Of a stretch of DNA of 64,000 bases, positions 57,931 to 64,000 are shown in pieces. The translations under genes were made by a program, and so were the position numbers. The stretch is taken from the NCBI GenBank assembly GCA_031411135.1, contig JANOAN010000003.1:10614-74613 (forward strand), written 5' to 3'. Below the pieces are notes generated by a model. The model saw nothing but the letters and a program-made list of their open reading frames with translations, made no database searches and was not told the origin of the DNA. The DNA is from a bacterium (lineage in GTDB: Bacteria; Patescibacteriota; Minisyncoccia; Phycocordibacterales; CAIZLB01). Position 1 is the first letter of the stretch; every line of letters starts with the position of its first letter.

Positions 57931-58015
57931 TTTCCTAGGATATGGTCGTAATAAAAACCGCTACAGTATAGAAGACTCCTCGTCAGAGTCACTGTAGCGG
58001 TCGCGTCTAGGAAAC
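57931..58015. repeat. nested inverted-repeat element (outer TTTCCTAGG/CCTAGGAAA, inner CCGCTACAGT/ACTGTAGCGG, innermost GACTC/GAGTC)
   Basis: Direct reading. A third CCGCTACAGT copy lies at 58117..58126, and 'cgtcagagtcacTtgtagcgg' recurs at 52050..52070. Confidence 0.55.
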
Positions 58016-58131
58016 TGGATGTGGGTTGAGCCGAAAGGTTCGATCACAATGGCGAGGGGTCTTCTGTCTCAAGGCTCAAAACTCCTCGCCACTTATTATT
58101 AGTTAATAAGCTTAAACCGCTACAGTGGCTT

Positions 58132-59091
58132 ATGAAAAATCAAATAAGGCGTATTCCGCCATCTGGCTACTTAATTGTAGTTCTGTTTCTAGTAACTTTA
58201 ATATTTCCAAAACACGCAAATGCAACATCAGGATCATGCTCATACCACGGAGGTGTCGCATGTAGTCTCAGGTCGGATTATGACGGCAGTGTAATTTGCA
58301 ACGACGGATGGAAAGATAGTTCAGTATCATTTTCAAATGCAGATGAGTGCAAAACATCCTTACCGTCATGCCCCTTACCTTCAGGTGCGAAATCTGATTG
58401 TGGCTCACTCCGTGCACAACTTGCACGAGGACAGTTGCTCGGCACTACGTTTGGAGACAATGAGCTAGCTCAGTGCGATGCTCAGAATACAACCTACGAT
58501 TCTGCCCAGTCTGCATATCAACAATGTCTTACTTCGCAGTCAGCAATACAATCTCAACAATTTAATAACTACGTGGATCAAAGTAAAACTCAAGATCAGG
58601 CTTTTAATCAGCAGATGCAGACCAAGTACGACGCATACTGTGTTTCATCACAAGGTGTAGGAAGTGTCTGGGTTGGCGAATTCGGTCCGAACGGATCATG
58701 TAAACCAACTAATTCTGATTTCTGGAAATCGTGTCAGGGAAAAATGGGTACAAATGCAACGTACGATAAATCTTCGGGGTATTGTACTTGTTATAGCGGA
58801 TACGTTGTAGATGGAGACAATCAATGTGTAACAGAAGTTCAGCCAAGCATCCAAACTCCAGATGTTCCACAGACACAACCTGTTGTCACTACTCCCATAC
58901 AAAAAGTAATTGCAGTAAAAAAGCCGATAACTAAACCGACCGTCGTTCCAGTCGTATCTGAACAATCTACTACAACCATAGCTCAACCCATTGTCACAGA
59001 TACTCCTACCGTCAAACCTATTGAAGATAAAAGCTGGTTTGGTTCACTGTTTGAAAAAATAGGAAGCTTCTTTACTAATCTATTCCACTAA
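58132..59091 (+). CDS. secreted cysteine-rich protein with a Thr/Pro/Val/Gln-rich C-terminal region
   Basis: Signal peptide 'LIVVLFLVTLIFPKHANA', 18 Cys in the first 230 aa, then 'PVVTTPIQKVIAVKKPITKPTVVPVVSEQSTTT'. Confidence 0.55.
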   Translation: MKNQIRRIPPSGYLIVVLFLVTLIFPKHANATSGSCSYHGGVACSLRSDYDGSVICNDGWKDSSVSFSNADECKTSLPSCPLPSGAKSDCGSLRAQLARGQLLGTTFGDNELAQCDAQNTTYDSAQSAYQQCLTSQSAIQSQQFNNYVDQSKTQDQAFNQQMQTKYDAYCVSSQGVGSVWVGEFGPNGSCKPTNSDFWKSCQGKMGTNATYDKSSGYCTCYSGYVVDGDNQCVTEVQPSIQTPDVPQTQPVVTTPIQKVIAVKKPITKPTVVPVVSEQSTTTIAQPIVTDTPTVKPIEDKSWFGSLFEKIGSFFTNLFH

Positions 59092-59094
59092 AAC

Positions 59095-59472
59095 ATGCCT
59101 AAAACCGTAGTCCACATCGATGATGATAAATTCCTTCTCAACATGTACGACATCAAATTGAGACGTGCTGGCTGTAGTGTGTACGCATTCCAGACTTTTG
59201 ATTCAAAAATTGTCGAGGATATTGCAAAGTGCAAGCCTGACATTATTGTTTCTGATATAGTCCACGACCCAAAAGACCCTGATGGCATTGAACTCTGTAG
59301 GCAGATGCAAAAAGATGAAAGGCTCAAGAATGTTCCGTTCGTCTTTTTGTCGAATACTCTTGGGTATTTAAAGAAGGTTGATATTTCAGATTTGAAGATC
59401 GCCAAACAGATAGAGAAAGCTACGACTCAGCCTGATGACGTGATAACTCAAATCCTTAACATAATAAAATAA
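59095..59472 (+). CDS. single-domain response regulator (CheY-like receiver)
   Basis: 'VVHIDDDKFLLNMYDIKLRRAGCSV...KPDIIVSDIVHDP' with the phospho-acceptor Asp in 'IIVSDI'. Confidence 0.65.
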   Translation: MPKTVVHIDDDKFLLNMYDIKLRRAGCSVYAFQTFDSKIVEDIAKCKPDIIVSDIVHDPKDPDGIELCRQMQKDERLKNVPFVFLSNTLGYLKKVDISDLKIAKQIEKATTQPDDVITQILNIIK

Positions 59473-59481
59473 GCTAGTTTT

Positions 59482-59877
59482 TTATCCTTGAAAATCTACC
59501 TGAAATCTATACATTCCCATTCCGCATGTTCCGTTTAAGGTTGCAACCTGTGGACTTCCTATATCAATATCTGTCGTTCCAGACTGAGGAAGTGACTTTG
59601 AAATATTCATACTTGGAATACGCACAGTTGAAGAGCAGTCGAATGTTCCATTGGTATCGAACCTAAGGATGCTTGGCACACCCGCCTTTGCAATACTGCT
59701 TCCTGGTTGGTATCCGCCCTTGGCATGAATCTCAATAATCTGTTTTCCGTCTACAATTGAGACATTGTTTGCGTTAGCGACTTGACCAGAACCTTTGGTA
59801 TTCGCATTTTTTGCAAACATAAATGCTCCTCCGATTAATACGACCGCCACGATAATTGATATAGTTGTTGCTTTCAT
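59482..59877 (-). CDS. small secreted protein (possible cupredoxin-like metal-binding protein) in the copper locus
   Basis: N-terminal TM/signal sequence; adjacent to the HMA-membrane and CopA genes. Confidence 0.4.
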   Translation of the reverse strand: MKATTISIIVAVVLIGGAFMFAKNANTKGSGQVANANNVSIVDGKQIIEIHAKGGYQPGSSIAKAGVPSILRFDTNGTFDCSSTVRIPSMNISKSLPQSGTTDIDIGSPQVATLNGTCGMGMYRFQVDFQG

Positions 59878-59890
59878 AAAGATGATTATA

Positions 59891-60916
59891 CTAAAAATTA
59901 AAGACTGGTGGAATGACCCCGATCACCACTAAACTGTTAATAAGGTTAAAGATTGCAAACATGATGACTACCAGCCCTGCTGACTTGAAGAATATGCCTG
60001 ACTTAGAGCTATTCTTGATACTGAACGAACTGAAGCTTACCAAGGCTAGTACAGGTAATGTCCCTAAAGCGAATGACAGCATTGTTAATCCTCCTTTTAG
60101 GAAACTGCCTGTAGTAAGTGTGTAAAGTTGCATTGATTGTGTAAATCCACACGGCAGAAAAAATGTAGCAATACCAACAAGGAGAGGTGTAAGAGTATGA
60201 TTAAACTTCGAAACATCAAGTGCATGCTTTGACATAAATTTCGGCATTGAGGGCTGTAGTTTTTTAGCCCACTGGAATACATCAAGAAGATTGATTCCAA
60301 GTATGAGCATAACAATTCCGATTATGAGACTTAAGGCAAATGATGCATTGGTACTTAAGGTGAATGCAGAGCCGATTGCACCTATCACTCCTCCGAGAAT
60401 AAAAAATGAGACTATTCGTCCGCCGTGGAACATGAGCTGTGGACGAATTTTGTCTCCTTCTTTTGCAAATGTTGCCGACATCGAAAGAACTATCCCTCCG
60501 ACAACAGCCATACAAGTTGAAAGTGAAGCAATGATACCGATTACAAATGCCGTACCATAAGTTACGTTGCCTCCACCCACAAGATTAATTAAACCAATTT
60601 TTTGCAGACCGAAAAACAGGACTGCAAAGCCTAATGCGATAGGTACAGCAATTTTAAAATCTGCCCAGTTCTTTTGAACCACTCGTTTTTCTATAGAAAC
60701 AGTATAACCATGAGGCTTGAGTGGAGCAGTAAGCTCCTCTGCGATCTGTTCAGGTGTCTTATCACCAAAATTTCCAGAAACTTCCACCGAATGATTCTTG
60801 AGACTTGCTTTAACAAAACTAATATTAGACAGCTCTCCAAGCTCACTTTCGGTCATAAGAACACAAGCGTTGCAATGTATACCGTGAATATGAAAAGTGT
60901 ATTTTTGTTCAGTCAT
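59891..60916 (-). CDS. heavy-metal-associated (HMA) domain fused to a polytopic membrane permease-like domain
   Basis: 'GIHCNACV' metal-binding motif, then about eight TM helices. Start trimmed to the ATG at 60916 ('MTEQKYTFHIHG') to remove a 77-nt overlap with copA. Confidence 0.6.
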   Translation of the reverse strand: MTEQKYTFHIHGIHCNACVLMTESELGELSNISFVKASLKNHSVEVSGNFGDKTPEQIAEELTAPLKPHGYTVSIEKRVVQKNWADFKIAVPIALGFAVLFFGLQKIGLINLVGGGNVTYGTAFVIGIIASLSTCMAVVGGIVLSMSATFAKEGDKIRPQLMFHGGRIVSFFILGGVIGAIGSAFTLSTNASFALSLIIGIVMLILGINLLDVFQWAKKLQPSMPKFMSKHALDVSKFNHTLTPLLVGIATFFLPCGFTQSMQLYTLTTGSFLKGGLTMLSFALGTLPVLALVSFSSFSIKNSSKSGIFFKSAGLVVIMFAIFNLINSLVVIGVIPPVFNF

Positions 60917-60920
60917 AAAT

Positions 60921-63215
60921 TTATAATTTCTGAGCCTTAATTCGTAATGAGTTCGACACCACTGATACACTTGAGAAAGCCATAGCAAGTCCTGCAAACA
61001 CAGGGTTCAAAAGCCAACCGAAAATTGGATAGAATGCACCAGCCGCAAGCGGAATACCGATAATGTTGTAGATAAATGCCCAGAAGAGGTTCTGCTTGAT
61101 TCCTCTCATGGTTATTTTGGAAAGCTTGATTGCTTTTACAAGTTTTGAGATGTCACCACCGAGAAGAGTAATGCCCGCTGATTCAATTGCAACATCAGTA
61201 CCAGTTCCCATTGCAATACCTACATCGGCTTGAGCCAAAGCAGGAGCGTCGTTCACTCCGTCACCTGCCATAGCCACTATTTTTCCCTGTGACTGTAGTT
61301 CCTTAATCTTTGCCAATTTATCTTGTGGCAAGACATGTGCAATTACCTCATCAATACCAACAAGCGACGCGATGTATTTTGCTGCTTCCTCATCATCACC
61401 TGTAAGCATGACAACTTTTATTCCAAGTTTATGAAGATTTTTAACAGCCTCAATAGATTCAGCTTTTATTTCATCTGCTACCATAACAAACCCAAAAGCT
61501 TTTTCTTTTGTGGATATAATAACAGGAGTCTTTCCTTGTGCGGTGAATTGCCCAATCTTTGTGAAATCAAAAGACAGATTTAAATCCTTTATTAATTTAG
61601 CGTTGCCGACAAAATATTCAGTACCACCTACTGATCCTTTCAATCCTTTTCCTTGAATACTTTCAAAATTCGAAACATCCCGAATTTCAATATTTTTTTC
61701 TTTAGCGTAATTCACAATCGCATTGGCAATCGGGTGCTCTGATTTTTTCTCAAGCGATGCAATTATAGATATAAATTCTTCATTTTTTAGACTTGATTGA
61801 TTTTCAATATCAACGAGTGTCGGCTTACCAATAGTGATTGTTCCTGTCTTATCAACCACGACAGTATCCACCTTGTGAAGCTTTTCAAGCGTCGCTGCAT
61901 CTTTAATAAGGATTCCTTCCTTAGCACCTTTACCAACACCAACAATAATTGCGGTGGGGGTAGCCAAACCAAGAGCACACGGACAGGCAATCACCAATAT
62001 TCCGACAAATGACACGAGACCGTCTGAAAGAGCTTGTGAAAAGCCTAAAGGTCCAGTTCCTAAAAGTAACCATGCTCCAAGAGTCACGAAAGCCAATATT
62101 AGAACTATTGGTACGAATACACTTGATATTTTGTCAGCTAATGCTTGGATTGGAGCCTTGCTTCCTTGAGCCTCCTCAACCATCTTTATGATCTGTGCGA
62201 GCAATGTTTCTGAACCCACTTTTGTGGCCTTAAATGTAAATGATCCACTTGTATTTATTGTTCCAGCTACAACACTGTCACCAATTTTCTTTTGTACTGG
62301 CATAGGCTCTCCAGAAATCATTGATCCATCTACAAACGATGAACCCTCTGTGATAACACCGTCAACTGGAATTTTTGCTCCTGGCTTTATGATAATTAGG
62401 TCTCCGTGCTTCACCTCATTTATTGAAATTTCTATTTCTTTTCCGTCACGAATTATCAGTGCTGTTTTCGCCTGGAGATTTAAAAGTTTTTCTATAGCAT
62501 CGCCGGTCTTTATCTTAGATCTAGCCTCCAAATATTTACCGAGAGCAATAAATGTAATGACTACAATTGTTACATCGTAATACGTGTGGGTCACATTAAT
62601 ATATGGTCGAAGTGCATCCTCAAATGCTGTGATTATAAAGCTATAGAGGAAAGCGACGGACGTACCGATTCCGATAAGGGTGTCCATGTTCGCCTTGCCG
62701 TAACGAAGAAAACGATAGAATCCTAGTAGATACGGTTTACCAACTACGAACAAAGTATATGTCGCAAAGATCGGGAGGAGATGATGAAAAAATTCACTGA
62801 TCGTATAGCTCATCGCAGGAATCGCACCATACTGAGCAAGAATATCCCAGCCCATTACAAAAATACTAATTATTGCTAGAGGAATTACTGACATTACTTT
62901 TGATCTCATGTCTGCCACTTCTGCGAGCTTTTCTTTTTTTGATTGGTTAAGACCTAGATGCTCCGCATGCTCTGAAGCACTCATTCCCATATCTCCTGCT
63001 GAGGGTACATCGAGAGAGTAACCTAGTTTTTCTATCTGCTTTGAGAGGTGTTGTGGATTAGTCTTTGACTCGTCAAAAGAGACTTTTGCTGTCTCTGTCC
63101 CATAATTAACCTCAACAGATTTAACGCCTTCAGTCTTTTTGAAAGTTTTTTCTATGATTCCTGCACAAGAAGCACAGTGCATACCCCTTACTTTGTAGGT
63201 TTTAGATTCATTCAT
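60921..63215 (-). CDS. copA: copper-translocating P1B-type ATPase
   Basis: N-terminal HMA 'GMHCASCAGIIE', 'CPC' ('ACPCALGLATP'), 'DKTGTIT' and 'GDGVNDAPAL'. Confidence 0.9.
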   Translation of the reverse strand: MNESKTYKVRGMHCASCAGIIEKTFKKTEGVKSVEVNYGTETAKVSFDESKTNPQHLSKQIEKLGYSLDVPSAGDMGMSASEHAEHLGLNQSKKEKLAEVADMRSKVMSVIPLAIISIFVMGWDILAQYGAIPAMSYTISEFFHHLLPIFATYTLFVVGKPYLLGFYRFLRYGKANMDTLIGIGTSVAFLYSFIITAFEDALRPYINVTHTYYDVTIVVITFIALGKYLEARSKIKTGDAIEKLLNLQAKTALIIRDGKEIEISINEVKHGDLIIIKPGAKIPVDGVITEGSSFVDGSMISGEPMPVQKKIGDSVVAGTINTSGSFTFKATKVGSETLLAQIIKMVEEAQGSKAPIQALADKISSVFVPIVLILAFVTLGAWLLLGTGPLGFSQALSDGLVSFVGILVIACPCALGLATPTAIIVGVGKGAKEGILIKDAATLEKLHKVDTVVVDKTGTITIGKPTLVDIENQSSLKNEEFISIIASLEKKSEHPIANAIVNYAKEKNIEIRDVSNFESIQGKGLKGSVGGTEYFVGNAKLIKDLNLSFDFTKIGQFTAQGKTPVIISTKEKAFGFVMVADEIKAESIEAVKNLHKLGIKVVMLTGDDEEAAKYIASLVGIDEVIAHVLPQDKLAKIKELQSQGKIVAMAGDGVNDAPALAQADVGIAMGTGTDVAIESAGITLLGGDISKLVKAIKLSKITMRGIKQNLFWAFIYNIIGIPLAAGAFYPIFGWLLNPVFAGLAMAFSSVSVVSNSLRIKAQKL

Positions 63216-63218
63216 ATT

Positions 63219-63551
63219 CTATTTTCTTTTAAGCCTATACACCTTAAGTATTTCTCCAATAGCCGTTTTTTCTTTCCCTTTCTGCATTTGTTTTACAACG
63301 CAAGTGCTCAGGTGATTTTCCATCAGAGCATCTTCAATGGTTGAAAGTGCCTGCTTTACGGCAGACGTTTGAGTTATGACATCAATACAATATGCATCTT
63401 TTAAGAGCATGTCCTGTAGACCTCTCACTTGACCCTCAACAATTTTTAACCGTCTAACCAGCTTTTGTTTTGCCTCATTCATATTATATATAATACCCCC
63501 TAGGGGGTATATGTCAATATTTAAGTATTGAAGTGTTTGTATAGAAACCAA
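63219..63551 (-). CDS. csoR: CsoR/RcnR-family metal-sensing transcriptional repressor
   Basis: ~110 aa helical protein; 'RLKIVEGQVRGLQDML...DAYCIDVITQTSAVKQAL' matches the CsoR W-X-Y-Z fold with its Cys/His ligands. Sits immediately upstream of copA. Confidence 0.7.
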   Translation of the reverse strand: MVSIQTLQYLNIDIYPLGGIIYNMNEAKQKLVRRLKIVEGQVRGLQDMLLKDAYCIDVITQTSAVKQALSTIEDALMENHLSTCVVKQMQKGKEKTAIGEILKVYRLKRK

Positions 63552-63700
63552 TAAAAGCTTTACACTAAATTTACACCCTCTCCATATAATTCACCACATC
63601 AAGCAGAAAGTAATTCGTCATTACATTCGTACTTGCGCCATTAAGTAAGAATACGATGGTGATTATAAAATTAATAATTTGATCATTAAATAAATTACGT

Positions 63701-64000
63701 ATGTTAAAAAATAAAGCAACATCTCTTACTGTCGGTGCAATGGCTCTAGCGGGTCTGGTTGCGGGTTTCGCTACTATGGCAGGTGCACAAAGCACAGCAA
63801 CAACTGCTCCTGCTACTAGCACAACCGTTACAGCAACCCAAACAGTCGATACTCCAGAAAAGGGAGATACTCCTGATGCTACAGGTACAGAGACTCGTAA
63901 ACATGCTCCCTTGGGAGGTGATGGTGTAGTTTCCAGCATCAACGGTACAACTATCGTCGTAGGTGAAGAATCTGACGAAGGCGGAGCGTCATACACAGTA
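63701..64000 (+). CDS. secreted Thr/Ala-rich protein, 5' partial (runs off window end)
   Basis: Plus-strand ATG at 63701 gives the signal peptide 'MLKNKATSLTVGAMALAGLVAGFATMAGA'. Preferred over the antisense ORF 63571..63996. Confidence 0.45.
   Translation, partial: MLKNKATSLTVGAMALAGLVAGFATMAGAQSTATTAPATSTTVTATQTVDTPEKGDTPDATGTETRKHAPLGGDGVVSSINGTTIVVGEESDEGGASYTV

Larger units (their letters stand above)
48724..58015. mobile_element. putative integrated genomic island adjacent to tRNA-Arg: two large serine recombinases, a KAP NTPase and a restriction-modification module
   Basis: A tandem recombinase pair abuts the tRNA 3' side. Cargo genes follow. Internal 50-bp direct repeats and a nested inverted repeat at 57931..58015 mark the distal edge. 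Confidence 0.5.

Noticed and set aside
57975-58005. CUGACGAG on the minus strand within the nested palindrome, considered as a fourth hammerhead
   Set aside because: No GAAA after a plausible helix II and no GUH cleavage triplet in register. Interpreted as a DNA-level inverted repeat instead.
63571-63996. 141-aa minus-strand ORF at the window end
   Set aside because: Plus strand encodes a convincing signal peptide starting at 63701 that continues past the window. The minus ORF is Ala/Val/Pro-rich antisense read-through.
1-64000. CRISPR arrays, rRNA genes, IS/transposase genes
   Set aside because: No regularly spaced short direct repeats with unique spacers, no rRNA-like conserved stretches, and no DDE/IS-type transposase ORFs were seen. 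Mobility signals here are serine recombinases and att-like repeats only.

Overview
This window is a bacterial chromosome segment. Its low-GC backbone (~33-40%) is interrupted by short GC-rich (~50%) segments. Gene content is consistent with a CPR/Patescibacteria-like genome: a cupin-type PGI, GH57, type IV pilus genes and CoA salvage only. The backbone carries two paralogous multi-TM sensor kinases flanking plsC-HAD; folD-coaD(HD fusion)-coaE; a glycogen cluster (glgP, GH57, glgA, cupin PGI, PMM-like HAD); a heterodimeric ABC exporter; a DEAD-box helicase; rplS and pyrH; pilMNO; an ECF sigma/anti-sigma pair; a DinJ/YafQ toxin-antitoxin; and a copper locus (csoR, copA). There are seven tRNAs: His, Leu, Val, Arg(TCT), Ser, and Arg read as GCG. 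Three hunt results stand out. First, three hammerhead ribozymes (canonical CUGAYGA...GAAA cores, GUC cleavage triplet, covarying helices) lie in tandem, each just upstream of one of three consecutive GC-rich small genes. Second, tRNA-Ser is followed by an array of single-gene cassettes separated by degenerate copies of the tRNA 3' end plus a conserved 30-bp motif; one cassette carries a DinD/Bro-N gene. Third, a ~9 kb island next to tRNA-Arg holds two tandem large serine recombinases, a KAP P-loop NTPase and a DpnII-like double-methylase restriction-modification module; internal repeats and a nested palindrome mark its far edge. Several GC-rich genes share one intrinsic-terminator family. No CRISPR array, rRNA or transposase was seen.
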